A stretch of DNA of 64,000 nucleotides from an uncultured virus (IMG/VR IMGVR_UViG_3300025398_000011). Its lineage: Duplodnaviria; Heunggongvirae; Uroviricota; Caudoviricetes. The notes under the pieces are model-generated. The model did not search any database. It was not told the DNA's origin and saw nothing but the letters and a program-made list of their open reading frames with translations. This document shows positions 6,251-15,375 of this stretch, piece after piece. The stretch's first letter is position 1; the number at the start of each line of letters is the position of its first letter. The stretch lies in the IMG/VR virus record IMGVR_UViG_3300025398_000011. One strand, given 5' to 3'. Both the position numbers and the translations under genes were made by a program.

Positions 6251-6588
6251 ATCGCTCTGAAAGCCAGTGGCAACAGCTAGACATGTTTCGTCCAGCAAAA
6301 AACTTTAAAAATACCAGCAACATCGATGTTGAGTATGAGCACATGACTGACCCCTCTAAAGATAAAAATACTATAAAAAAAGAACACGCTGACTATAAGG
6401 TAGACGCCGCAAAGAAGTCCGGTCTTTATGAGTCTATTAAAAACGACGGAGTTAAAAAGCCAGTTTTTATAGCACATTCAAAGAGGTTTGGTGAGATGGT
6501 ATCTGACGGAGGTCACAGAGTAGCTGCTGCTACAGACATTAATCCAAACATGTTAGTTCCAGTAGAGCATAGTGAGAACGTACCGTGA
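6247..6588 (+). CDS. ParB/Srx-like nuclease-domain protein
   Basis: LYESIKNDGVKKPVFI...SDGGHRVAAA motif. Confidence 0.75.
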   Translation: MNRSESQWQQLDMFRPAKNFKNTSNIDVEYEHMTDPSKDKNTIKKEHADYKVDAAKKSGLYESIKNDGVKKPVFIAHSKRFGEMVSDGGHRVAAATDINPNMLVPVEHSENVP

Positions 6589-6818
6589 AAGATCCAGCAC
6601 TAGGACGCACCCGAGCTGAACGCGCTTTAGGAGAGAATATGCCAGGCAAAAAGAAGTCTAAGAAAGAACTTATGCCTAAGCGCTCCCGCGTTAATGAGTT
6701 TCGAGTAGTACATAATGGACAATATGATGGCCCACGCGCCTCTTACGGCCGCTATAACGTATCTGAACAATCAGCAGATATCCTTAACCGCCAGAAGAGA
6801 AACATGGATATGCGATGA
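6585..6818 (+). CDS. Small basic protein
   Basis: Translationally coupled ORF, K/R-rich. Confidence 0.65.
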   Translation: MKDPALGRTRAERALGENMPGKKKSKKELMPKRSRVNEFRVVHNGQYDGPRASYGRYNVSEQSADILNRQKRNMDMR

Positions 6819-6991
6819 ACGATTACCTAATTAAGTCAGATGTATCTTCTCCAGTGCAGGTTGAATCAAAGCCAACTATGGGCGCTCCCGCACCAGATAA
6901 CACATCTCGCACAACAGAGTTAGAAAAGGGTATGGCCCCACAGACTAACACTCGTCAAAACACCCCAAGCTTTACACTTGGAACTTACTAG
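6815..6991 (+). CDS. Small hypothetical protein (not in the ORF track)
   Basis: MNDYLIKSDVSSPVQVES..., ATGA overlap, 58 aa. Confidence 0.6.
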   Translation: MNDYLIKSDVSSPVQVESKPTMGAPAPDNTSRTTELEKGMAPQTNTRQNTPSFTLGTY

Positions 6992-6999
6992 GAGATAAC

Positions 7000-7227
7000 A
7001 TGTCATTTTTATTACCACTTGCAGAAGTAGCTGGGGAATCAGCCGCAGCAGGCGCAGGAGAAGCTGCAGCAAGTACAGAGTCTGGTGCGGCTGAGCAATC
7101 TCTTACCCGTTCAGGCTCTTTTAACCAAGGTCAGCAAGACCATAACAATGCTGATAAAGAAAAACCTAGAGGAATATCTTTAACAATAGGAAGCTTATTT
7201 GGAAAGTCAGGAGAGACTAATGGCTAA
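7000..7227 (+). CDS. Ala/Gly-rich small protein
   Basis: AGGAG SD, low complexity. Confidence 0.65.
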   Translation: MSFLLPLAEVAGESAAAGAGEAAASTESGAAEQSLTRSGSFNQGQQDHNNADKEKPRGISLTIGSLFGKSGETNG

Positions 7228-7489
7228 ATCACCAGCATGGACTCGTAAAGAGGGTCAAAACTCTAAGGGCGGACTTAACGCTAAGGGTCGCGCATCTGCT
7301 AAAGCAGAAGGTCATAACCTAAAGCCACCTGTTAAGAAAGCAGAAGCTAAAAAATCTCCTAAGTCCGCTGCGCGCCGTAAATCATTCTGCGCACGCATGG
7401 AAGGTATGAAGTCTAAAAACACATCTTCTAAAACCGCTAAAGATCCTAACTCACGGATTAACAAGTCATTGAGAGCGTGGGACTGCTAA
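7220..7489 (+). CDS. Conserved basic phage protein (MAKSPAWTRKEG...RRKSFCARM type)
   Basis: Recognisable widespread phage motif; AGGAG SD. Confidence 0.8.
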   Translation: MAKSPAWTRKEGQNSKGGLNAKGRASAKAEGHNLKPPVKKAEAKKSPKSAARRKSFCARMEGMKSKNTSSKTAKDPNSRINKSLRAWDC

Positions 7490-7662
7490 TGAATAAAGAT
7501 AAAGATCAGTTTAAAGTAGATGGTGAACCACACGTTGTTGATAAGCACGGCAAGAAGTTTAAGGTTCATCACCCAAAGGGTGGCGGAACTTACACACTAG
7601 ATGCTAAGAACCTATCTGAGGCTGAGCAGGCCGTACGAGATTGGCATAAGAACAATGGCTGA
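7489..7662 (+). CDS. Small basic protein
   Basis: TAATG coupling; MNKDKDQF... Confidence 0.65.
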   Translation: MNKDKDQFKVDGEPHVVDKHGKKFKVHHPKGGGTYTLDAKNLSEAEQAVRDWHKNNG

Positions 7663-8170
7663 AACAAAGACTTATTGCGGCACGGATACTGGTTATCAGT
7701 ACCACAAGCGCCGTAAAGAGCCTGCTTGTGAGCCTTGTTTAGAGGCCAGACGTAAAAAGTCAGCCGCCTATTATGCCGCCAATAAAGAGCAATGTACAAA
7801 TACATCTATAGAGTGGCAGCGTAGAAATCGTGATAAAACGGCTGTTTATTACAAAACATATGCCGAGAATCATAGAGACAAAAAGAGAGCAAAAGACCGC
7901 AAACGTAAAGCTATAAAAAAGATGGTGTCAACTGAGCTGTACACAGAAGCTCAAGTATTTGAGACGTACGGCACTAACTGTTACCTTTGTGATATGCCCA
8001 TAGATTTCGGTGCACCTAGCCGCGCTGGAATAGGTAGGTGGCGCTCTGGTTTTCATTTAGACCACTTTATCCCTATCTCTAAGGGTGGCTCTAATACACT
8101 AGAGAATGTAAGGCCAAGCCATGCTTGGTGCAATATGTCTAAAACTAATAAGTTACTACAGGAGGCCTAA
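7655..8170 (+). CDS. HNH endonuclease
   Basis: CYLC..LDHFIPISKGGSNTLENVRPSHAWCN; N-terminal CGT..GY..H..EPAC..C motif. Confidence 0.9.
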   Translation: MAETKTYCGTDTGYQYHKRRKEPACEPCLEARRKKSAAYYAANKEQCTNTSIEWQRRNRDKTAVYYKTYAENHRDKKRAKDRKRKAIKKMVSTELYTEAQVFETYGTNCYLCDMPIDFGAPSRAGIGRWRSGFHLDHFIPISKGGSNTLENVRPSHAWCNMSKTNKLLQEA

Positions 8171-8171
8171 T

Positions 8172-8465
8172 ATGTCAGAAGTTAAGAAGTTTGGGCCATA
8201 CGATGGTAGCAAAGCCAACGGCGGAAGAAAGATTTACGTCTACAAGAAGAAAGTAGATGGTAAGTGGGTAACTACTTCTAAGAATAAAGCCCGCGCTGAT
8301 TACGAATCTACTAATGGCAAGATCAAGTCTAAGAACAAGACTGTTGATCACAAAGATAATAATCACAACAATGACTCTAAAGGTAACTTGCGCCTACTCG
8401 ATAAAGGTAAGAATACTGCTAAAGAGAACAAGCGCCGCGCAGGTAAGAAAGAAAATGAGAAGTGA
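8172..8465 (+). CDS. HNH-like basic protein
   Basis: VDHKDNNHNNDSKGNLRLL. Confidence 0.7.
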   Translation: MSEVKKFGPYDGSKANGGRKIYVYKKKVDGKWVTTSKNKARADYESTNGKIKSKNKTVDHKDNNHNNDSKGNLRLLDKGKNTAKENKRRAGKKENEK

Positions 8466-8719
8466 AATATTCTAAAAAGACTAAGTACCATGAGCAGTAC
8501 CCTGCACTTGGTTTTTGGGGACCAGGCACAGAGACTGTTAATCCGTCTTACTTAACTATTGGCGGCAGTGGTGTTGTAGGTAACTTTGGCGCAGAGTCAC
8601 CTATGTCAGAAGCTAATGAGACTGCCTCACAAGAAGCTGCTGAAGGTGCTAGTATGAATTCTGGAAGCGGTGCTGCGGCAGGAGCAGCTCCCACGGCTGG
8701 TGGAAGCGGTGTTGCGTGA
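8462..8719 (+). CDS. Small Gly/Ala/Ser-rich protein
   Basis: GTGA-coupled ORF. Confidence 0.65.
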   Translation: MKYSKKTKYHEQYPALGFWGPGTETVNPSYLTIGGSGVVGNFGAESPMSEANETASQEAAEGASMNSGSGAAAGAAPTAGGSGVA

Positions 8720-8898
8720 AGCGTTCAGAAGGCCAATGGCCTGAACCAGATTACAGTGATGTTCCTGAAGGTTTTGGGACTTTAACTCCAGAAACTATGG
8801 ATGAGATTGCAGCATCTCGCCGCCCAAAAATGATGCCACTCTCAGATAACGGTCAAGACATTGAGGACGCTAAACGCTCTCGCGGAGAACGCCTGTAA
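8716..8898 (+). CDS. Small hypothetical protein
   Basis: Coupled ORF starting MKRSEGQW. Confidence 0.6.
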   Translation: MKRSEGQWPEPDYSDVPEGFGTLTPETMDEIAASRRPKMMPLSDNGQDIEDAKRSRGERL

Positions 8899-9098
8899 TG
8901 AAGACTATGGTCAACCATAGAGAGTTAACCCTTCAAGACCGTTGTGATACCTGTGGAGCCGCTGCAAAAGTACTGGCGTCATTTCTTCACGGAGAACTCC
9001 TATTCTGCGGGCACCATGCCCGTCAAGCTGGCACCAAGCTGGTGACTACAGCCCTGCAGGTTTATGATCCCGAAGGTGAGTTCAACCTACTGCACTAA
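8898..9098 (+). CDS. Actinobacterial-type small zinc-binding protein
   Basis: LT.QDRCDTCGA.A...LLFCGHH motif. Confidence 0.75.
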   Translation: MKTMVNHRELTLQDRCDTCGAAAKVLASFLHGELLFCGHHARQAGTKLVTTALQVYDPEGEFNLLH

Positions 9099-9107
9099 GG
9101 AGATAGC

Positions 9108-9224
9108 GTGGCAAAACCACAAAGCAATAGCTATCGGTGCAAAATATGTGGCAAAACTTGGGTAGTGCCTTCTTTAGCACGCCATTGTGAACAAAACCAT
9201 TTAGAATCAGAGTATGACAATTAA
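9108..9224 (+). CDS. C2H2-like zinc-finger mini-protein (not in the ORF track)
   Basis: AAGGAG SD, GTG start; YRCKICGKTWVVPSLARHCEQNH. Confidence 0.7.
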   Translation: MAKPQSNSYRCKICGKTWVVPSLARHCEQNHLESEYDN

Positions 9225-9543
9225 AGGCCGATCAGTATCTTCTACGTCTCTTACATTAAAGGGCGCTGCTGCTATCGGCGCCCATGTGTCTTCAAGCCTT
9301 AAAAATGCTAGTAAAAATAACTTAACTAAGCTAAAGACATCTAAAGATAAGACGGCTGATCCTAAAAGTAAAACTAGGGCTAAAGAGCCGCAGACAAAAG
9401 AAAATAAGCCCGCATCTAAGCCAGCAACTAAACCTGCGTACAAGCCGGAACCAAACAAAATTGCAACTAGTGGCAAAGCCTACCAACCAGCACTTCCTGG
9501 AATGCGCAATTTAAAGCAATTTAAGGAACCACGTGGCAAGTAA
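9214..9543 (+). CDS. Lys/Ala/Pro-rich basic protein
   Basis: Histone H1-like composition. Confidence 0.65.
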   Translation: MTIKGRSVSSTSLTLKGAAAIGAHVSSSLKNASKNNLTKLKTSKDKTADPKSKTRAKEPQTKENKPASKPATKPAYKPEPNKIATSGKAYQPALPGMRNLKQFKEPRGK

Positions 9544-9706
9544 GAAAGTTAAGGGCGGGATTACATCCAGCATCTCTTCGTCCATAACTTCATACCCTAG
9601 GTCTTTAAAGGCGCGTCAGTTTAGGGAAAAGCTCACAAGGGTAATGTCACCAGTAGTGCCTGGCAGACCAACTCAAGCTAAGCAGTCAAACCGATGGACA
9701 CCATGA
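9533..9706 (+). CDS. Small basic protein (not in the ORF track)
   Basis: AAGGA SD, GTG start, MASKKVKGG... Confidence 0.55.
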   Translation: MASKKVKGGITSSISSSITSYPRSLKARQFREKLTRVMSPVVPGRPTQAKQSNRWTP

Positions 9707-9864
9707 GCCGTAAAAAAGAGTTTCAACAACCTAAGGCTAAAGAGTCAACTATCAGGGACTCTCGCTTTGGCCTACGCCATCTGTTTTTAAATGAAAACGA
9801 GAAGCCAAGTATTGCTGTCTATGGCACCCCTGGAAAAGGACCTAATGGAGAGCACCAAAACTAA
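9703..9864 (+). CDS. Small basic protein (not in the ORF track)
   Basis: ATGA coupling, MSRKKEFQQ... Confidence 0.55.
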   Translation: MSRKKEFQQPKAKESTIRDSRFGLRHLFLNENEKPSIAVYGTPGKGPNGEHQN

Positions 9865-9909
9865 TTAAATAGGCAGTAAACTGTAACTGTCTCCTCTGAA
9901 AGGGTAAGT

Positions 9910-10419
9910 ATGACCGCCTCGTATCCAGCTTCGGCAAAAGTATTTAACGTCCACCATGACGTAACTGACACCATTTACGCCGCTGACCCAAACACTATTC
10001 AAGACGAAGTTTACGCTATTGAGACCGTGCTTGGCACCACAGCTACAGGAAATAATCCTCTAACATCTTCTTCAGTAAACTCATCAAGCACATGGTCACC
10101 TTCAAGTTACACCTACCCTTCAGTTGGAGATCGCCTTACAAATATTGAAAAAGGCGTTGCCGGTGACAGCCATGCAGGTCTCTATGTTCGTACATCCCCA
10201 ACTTCTACATACCCAAACACAGTTACCCCTTCAGTAGGCACCCTTCAAGGGTTTGTAATTCAAGCAAATGCTTCAGGTCAATCAGTTAACTTACAAGAAT
10301 GGCGTAATTCATCTGGGACTCTTGTGTCTTTTGTAGATCAAAATGGCAACATAAATGGAGTAGCCGCCGGATCTTCTACAGCAGGTATCCAAGATATTTT
10401 TATGCTTATGGGCTGTTAA
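9910..10419 (+). CDS. Putative virion structural protein
   Basis: N-terminal ASYP...N.IQDEV.AIE..LG motif typical of phage fibre/minor proteins; C-terminal DIFMLMG. Confidence 0.65.
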   Translation: MTASYPASAKVFNVHHDVTDTIYAADPNTIQDEVYAIETVLGTTATGNNPLTSSSVNSSSTWSPSSYTYPSVGDRLTNIEKGVAGDSHAGLYVRTSPTSTYPNTVTPSVGTLQGFVIQANASGQSVNLQEWRNSSGTLVSFVDQNGNINGVAAGSSTAGIQDIFMLMGC

Positions 10420-10517
10420 TAGGTTTAATTAAAGCCCGACACACTTAGATTTAGTAGATAAACTTATAACGTCCCAGGCGCATGGGACGTTAAACCCATC
10501 TATAGATTGGAAACATA

Positions 10518-11897
10518 ATGACAGTTATTCGTGACTCGGGCTACAAGCAAGCCCCTTCAGGTAACGTTGCTGTTGATTTTGTCTACGGAAACCTTCCACT
10601 TCAGACAAATGACGACCGCACTGGTACATCACCAGTTACCTACAATGCTACTGGCGGAACAACAGGCTCTGCCGGATCCGACATTGACACTGCTGTAGTA
10701 ACAGCGGCTTCTGGTGACGGAACCACAATTACATACACAGCAGCTAATAACTTCAACGCTGGTCAGCTTGTAACTGTTACTGGGCTTTCAAGCACAGTTG
10801 CTATCACAGGCATCACAGCTTCTGCTGGTGTTGTAACTTATGCAACCTCTAGCACAACAGGTCTTTCAGCCGGTCAGACAATTGTTATTACCGGAGCTTC
10901 TACTAGCGGCTTTAACGGCACCAAGACTATCTTGGCTGTTACAACCAACACAAACTTCACAGTAACTTCAGCTGCTACAGGCTCAACCTCAACAGCTACA
11001 GGTACCTACACATCTGCTTACAATAAGACCTCAGCAACAATTGCTACTGCATCATCTTCAAACTTCACAGTTACAAGCTCTACTCAAGATCGTGCCGTTT
11101 CAGGCGCTACTGGTAAGGCCGCAGTTAACCTAGAAGTTATCCCAGGATTTGGCGCAGACTACGGCTGGGGAACAACAACTGACTATGCTAGCTACACAAT
11201 TGCCGCCGCAGATCTTACAAAGGCAGTTGGACAGGTAACTCTAACAGTCCCTTCTGATAACCACGTTCGTGCTATCAATGGTTGGGATGCTTTCCCACAG
11301 AACACCTCTAACGGCGGCTTCAACCCAGCTACAAAGCTCTATGCAACTGTAACTGCGGTTTCAGCTTCTGGTGGAACTGTTACCTACACAGCTAACAACA
11401 ACTTCCAGTCAGGACAGACTGTAACAATCACAGGCCTCTACAACTATGTAGCTGCTGGTTCAACTCAGCCAATCGCTACTCAGTACTACGCTCCAACTTA
11501 CACAACTGCATCAGCATTTAACTTGTCTGGCGTAACAGTCGCTTCTGCAACTGCTACACAGTTCACAGTTACAAATGCTGCTACAGACTCAGCACTCGCA
11601 GGTGTTGCAGGAAACGCTGTTGTCACAATTGCAGCTGTTACCTCTTCCCAGACAGTTCCTACAGTCACAGGTTTGACTGTTAAAGAGGCTGACCGCCTTC
11701 TAGGAAATGCTGACTTCGATACAGGAACAGTCACCTACACGACTTCTGGAGCAACTCTTGCTAACGCAGGAACTGTTTACAGCCAGTCTATTACAGGTAG
11801 CCAGAGCACAGGAACACCAGTTAACTTGGTGGTCTACAAGCTTGCAACTGGTGAAAATCCAGGAACACAGGACGGCACATTCACCTACGTTTGCTAA
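10518..11897 (+). CDS. Ser/Thr-rich virion protein with repeated beta modules and a C-terminal PASTA-like domain
   Basis: Three VTYT..N.F..GQ.V.ITG repeats; TVPTVTGLTVKEA..LL...GTVYSQS..GTPVNLVV. Confidence 0.75.
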   Translation: MTVIRDSGYKQAPSGNVAVDFVYGNLPLQTNDDRTGTSPVTYNATGGTTGSAGSDIDTAVVTAASGDGTTITYTAANNFNAGQLVTVTGLSSTVAITGITASAGVVTYATSSTTGLSAGQTIVITGASTSGFNGTKTILAVTTNTNFTVTSAATGSTSTATGTYTSAYNKTSATIATASSSNFTVTSSTQDRAVSGATGKAAVNLEVIPGFGADYGWGTTTDYASYTIAAADLTKAVGQVTLTVPSDNHVRAINGWDAFPQNTSNGGFNPATKLYATVTAVSASGGTVTYTANNNFQSGQTVTITGLYNYVAAGSTQPIATQYYAPTYTTASAFNLSGVTVASATATQFTVTNAATDSALAGVAGNAVVTIAAVTSSQTVPTVTGLTVKEADRLLGNADFDTGTVTYTTSGATLANAGTVYSQSITGSQSTGTPVNLVVYKLATGENPGTQDGTFTYVC

Positions 11898-11910
11898 TAA
11901 CGTAAATAAA

Positions 11911-11936
11911 AAAGCCCCCGAGTGATCGGGGGCTTT
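11911..11936. terminator. Bidirectional intrinsic terminator
   Basis: AAAGCCCCCGA-GTGA-TCGGGGGCTTT between convergent genes. Confidence 0.9.
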
Positions 11937-11940
11937 CTTA

Positions 11941-12219
11941 TTATGCCGCTCTACTTCTGGAGGCTCTTATATCCTGTCGTTGCCTCTGAGTTGTGCCTGC
12001 CCAGATACCGACTAGATCTGCATGCTTTAGTGCATACTCTAGACAAGGCTCTTTGAACTCACATGACCTGCATAATTTGCGGGCCACGTTTAAGGTTAGA
12101 CGAGGATCTTTGAACTCGTCTGGAAAGAACAGGTCAGGGTCTGTTTGAGCGCATATCTGCGTACCATCAAACCCTGGGGCTTTAATACCAACCGTGTCCT
12201 TGCCAGAACTTCCAAGCAT
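11941..12219 (-). CDS. whiB: WhiB family transcription factor
   Basis: C..TDPDLFFP...ARKLCRSC....PCLEYA...GIWAGTT.RQR; start codon uncertain. Confidence 0.95.
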   Translation of the reverse strand: MLGSSGKDTVGIKAPGFDGTQICAQTDPDLFFPDEFKDPRLTLNVARKLCRSCEFKEPCLEYALKHADLVGIWAGTTQRQRQDIRASRSRAA

Positions 12220-12697
12220 TGCATGCGTCTCCGTATCTTTTTTCAATGTAATGTAGGCCATATTTAATTTGTAGTTGCGCCACCGCAGTCTTCTTTACAT
12301 TGTAGTTATCCCATGTTGATGGGAGAAACTGAGCAATACCAAAGGCATGCGAGCCCATATTAAGGGCTTTAGGGTTGAAGTGGCTTTCGTGAGACCAAAG
12401 TGAGTTTAAACACTTCCATTCAGTCATGGACTTGCCCGCCGAATACTCCGTTAAGAAGGCAATCGTCTGAGCATCAAAGTACTTAACGTAAGTACTAGCC
12501 AAGGCTTTCTTGGCGTCTGTCCGTGTCGTCTTCACGGTTATGTAGTTAAGGGATACTGTCACTACCCTTTCCTTAGGCTCTGGGGCTGGTAGGGCATTGG
12601 CTGGTGTAAACAACTGTGTCCACACTAGCACTGCTGCTACAAGCAGTCTAGATACCTTTTTTACATCAACTGTGAAGTTGATTCTGATATTAAGCAT
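12182..12697 (-). CDS. Secreted lytic transglycosylase-like (SLT) protein
   Basis: Signal-like N-terminus; WKCL..LW.HES.FNP.A...AFGIAQ...QIKYGL.YI..RYG..C.AW......WY. Confidence 0.88.
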   Translation of the reverse strand: MLNIRINFTVDVKKVSRLLVAAVLVWTQLFTPANALPAPEPKERVVTVSLNYITVKTTRTDAKKALASTYVKYFDAQTIAFLTEYSAGKSMTEWKCLNSLWSHESHFNPKALNMGSHAFGIAQFLPSTWDNYNVKKTAVAQLQIKYGLHYIEKRYGDACNAWKFWQGHGWY

Positions 12698-12889
12698 CGC
12701 TGCTCCTCTCAGTCGGTTGTATTAGCATATAGGCAGCCTTACAACCTATGTCAAGCCAGAAGCGTTAGTTGACGCAGATATTTTTGTATTTCTGTGGAAA
12801 ACTATACAAATCACGCATTTTTGTGGCACTTCTTACGGATAATAACTGCGCTCCTTAACATAACTCCTCTATTGAGAATTGGCTTGACA

Positions 12890-13213
12890 ATGGACATAGC
12901 AACTGTTACAGGCACAGCAGCATCAGTCACCGTTGTTGGAGGTGTTTTTTTGGGCATTGCCCGTTGGATCTTTAAGAACCACACACAAGAGCTAGTTAAA
13001 GAGTACTTAGAGGAGATGAAAGAGAACTCTAAGGAGTTAAAGCCTAATCACGGCAGCTCTCTTAATGACATCGTTAAGCTTCAAGTCTTACCGATCCTTA
13101 AGAAGCTAGACCAGAAGCAAGATGAGATCCGTGAAGATATCACAGAGATCAAGGTTGAGTACGCGCGTCTTGAAGGGCGTTTTAACCAATACGTTGAGGA
13201 GAACAAAGAGTAA
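12890..13213 (+). CDS. Membrane protein (holin/spanin-like)
   Basis: One TM, ELKPNHGSSL.D motif, coiled coil; heads the lysis cassette. Confidence 0.7.
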   Translation: MDIATVTGTAASVTVVGGVFLGIARWIFKNHTQELVKEYLEEMKENSKELKPNHGSSLNDIVKLQVLPILKKLDQKQDEIREDITEIKVEYARLEGRFNQYVEENKE

Positions 13214-13695
13214 TGGCTTATGAACCTCGCCCAGGAGACTACGGGGTAGTTAAGACCACGGGGTTCTTTGGAAAGCTGATCCGCTTAGGAACTATGTCTA
13301 GGTGGAACCACGCCTTTATTTATATCGGGGACGGCATGATCGTACAGGCAAACCCAACTGGGGTTGCTATTGGGAAAGCTACCCAGTACCCGGTAATCGG
13401 CTGGAACCAACACGAAGACCTAACTGATGAACAGCGCGCTCTAATCGTTGAAGCCGCTAAAAAACTTGTTGATCGTCCTTACGGGTTTTTAGATATAGCT
13501 AACCTAGTCCTTCGCATCCTAGGGTTAAAGATGCTTGCTAACACCACTCTCTTAGAAAAGATGGCTGAGCGCTATGGGGTTATCTGCTCTGAACTTGTTG
13601 CTCTTGCATACGATGCCGCAAAGATAGACCTCTGTAACAAGCCAGCAAACATTGTTACTCCAGGAGACTTAGCTGAGAGGTTGATCTACCAGTGA
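13213..13695 (+). CDS. Permuted papain-like NlpC/P60 amidase (YiiX/YebB-like)
   Basis: PGD...WNHAFIY.G...PY...ICSELV. Confidence 0.85.
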   Translation: MAYEPRPGDYGVVKTTGFFGKLIRLGTMSRWNHAFIYIGDGMIVQANPTGVAIGKATQYPVIGWNQHEDLTDEQRALIVEAAKKLVDRPYGFLDIANLVLRILGLKMLANTTLLEKMAERYGVICSELVALAYDAAKIDLCNKPANIVTPGDLAERLIYQ

Positions 13696-14561
13696 CAGCC
13701 GGGGTTGATATCGTCAATGTCGCTCGTACCCAAATTGGGTTTGTAGAAGGCCCTAACAACGAGAATCCTTATGGAACGTGGTACGGAATTCCTAACCAGA
13801 GCTATTGCGCTATGGGTATCAGCTGGTGCTTTGCACAGGCCAACGCATCTCATTTAGTAGCAGCTCAGACACCTAAAGGGTTTTCTTACTGCCCAGACGG
13901 GCTAACTTGGTTCCAGAAGAACAAACAAGTAGTGGACAAATATTCTGCACTTCCAGGCGATATTGTGTTCTTTTCTTGGTCTGGTAACGGGGTAGCAGAC
14001 CATGTAGAGCTTGTGGAAGCCGCTTCTAAAGATGGTCTCACAACTATTGGCTTTAACACTGGCCCGGAGTCCTACACAGGAAATCAGGCTAATGGAGACG
14101 GGTGCTATCGCCGTCATCGTCCTTATCTTTATGTGTTAGCCATTGTCCGCCCAGCTTATGCAAAAAGTTCAGCGCCAGCTAAATCAAATGGAAATAGCAA
14201 GCTTATAGCTACAGGAGTAGCTGGGGCTACAGCGCTTACTGGTGGCGGAGCTGCAGCGCTTCACACATCTAACACTCCAGCGCCTGTCCCTACAACCAAG
14301 CCAACAGTAATTGTTGCGCCACCGTTCCCAGGATCATCTGTGTTTAAAGTGGGTGCTAAAGGCAATGTTGAGTTAGTAGTATCTAAGGCCCTAGCAAATG
14401 CGGGACTTATGCCATCTAACCTAGTGTCTAACGTGCTAACTGAGGAAGAGATTGCGCTTATTCCTGTCTATCAAGGGCTGTATCCAGGCCTTAAAGCTTC
14501 TAAGGGTAAAGGTATTGATTTAGCCACTTACACTTCTATGGTAGCAAAGGCCAATGAATGA
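13692..14561 (+). CDS. Endolysin, CHAP domain
   Basis: YCAMGISWCF...PGDIVFF...DHVELV...TIGFNT. Confidence 0.85.
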   Translation: MTAGVDIVNVARTQIGFVEGPNNENPYGTWYGIPNQSYCAMGISWCFAQANASHLVAAQTPKGFSYCPDGLTWFQKNKQVVDKYSALPGDIVFFSWSGNGVADHVELVEAASKDGLTTIGFNTGPESYTGNQANGDGCYRRHRPYLYVLAIVRPAYAKSSAPAKSNGNSKLIATGVAGATALTGGGAAALHTSNTPAPVPTTKPTVIVAPPFPGSSVFKVGAKGNVELVVSKALANAGLMPSNLVSNVLTEEEIALIPVYQGLYPGLKASKGKGIDLATYTSMVAKANE

Positions 14562-14911
14562 CAAAAAAGAAGAACAAAGGGGTTAGCGCAGTATTCCAAA
14601 GGATGTCTGACTGGGCCTCAATAGCGTTCGGTTCAGCGTGGTTCCTCATATTTCATCTGATCTTTTGGACTATCTGGATGACCTTTGCTGTCTTTGACCC
14701 ATACCCATTTAACCTGCTAACGCTCACTGTCTCCTTAGAGTCCATCCTGCTCTCAGGCTTACTGTTAAACGCAACTAACCGTTCTGGGGACGAAGACAGG
14801 CGTATCATTAGTAAGGACCTTAAATTGGACCAGGAGACTCATAACCATATTGAGGAGCTCCGCAGGCACATGAGAGAAGTATTGGAGCACATTCGTGGGG
14901 ATAAAGCTTAA
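14558..14911 (+). CDS. DUF1003-like membrane protein
   Basis: FGS.WF...W...FDPYPFNLLTL.VSLE.I. Confidence 0.85.
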   Translation: MTKKKNKGVSAVFQRMSDWASIAFGSAWFLIFHLIFWTIWMTFAVFDPYPFNLLTLTVSLESILLSGLLLNATNRSGDEDRRIISKDLKLDQETHNHIEELRRHMREVLEHIRGDKA

Positions 14912-15122
14912 CTTCAGCAGCCCGGTGCATGTGGCTTTTGGTGGATCGGCTGCCCTAGGGACTTGGGCGGCTACCGGATATTCTACTGACCCAAAACACC
15001 TTGTAGCTGTTGCATTGGCGGGCTTTGGGGGTGTAGCATCTCACAGTGAAAGCTCGTCTAAACCTAACGTTCAGGCGGACTCTCACATCATAACGCCGTA
15101 CGCAAATAACATAGAGGAGTAA
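14895..15122 (+). CDS. Small membrane protein (holin-like)
   Basis: Two short hydrophobic segments, in the lysis cassette. Confidence 0.55.
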   Translation: MGIKLNFSSPVHVAFGGSAALGTWAATGYSTDPKHLVAVALAGFGGVASHSESSSKPNVQADSHIITPYANNIEE

Positions 15123-15124
15123 TA

Positions 15125-15304
15125 ATGAACGCAAAGACAAAGGCTCTCTTCGAGCACTATGTCATTTCAACAGTTGTTGCTGGAGTAGCCATCTGGCAGG
15201 GCGGCAACCACCATCTTAAGCAGGTTGCATGGTCTGCTCTAATTGGTGTCTTTGGTCCTGTACTCAAGGGCGCTTACGAGCACTTCCAAACACCTACAAA
15301 GTAA
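15125..15304 (+). CDS. Putative holin (not in the ORF track)
   Basis: GAGGAG SD; MNAKTKALFEHYVISTVVAGVAIW...VAWSALIGVFGPVLK, two TMs. Confidence 0.7.
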   Translation: MNAKTKALFEHYVISTVVAGVAIWQGGNHHLKQVAWSALIGVFGPVLKGAYEHFQTPTK

Positions 15305-15317
15305 GTCTTTACATATT

Positions 15318-15344
15318 AAGGGGGCGCAGTAGCGCCCCCTTTTT
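15318..15344 (+). terminator. Intrinsic terminator
   Basis: AGGGGGCGC..GCGCCCCCT followed by TTTT. Confidence 0.85.
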
Positions 15345-15375
15345 GCTATACTGAAGTACTATTTAGGAGGACTAC

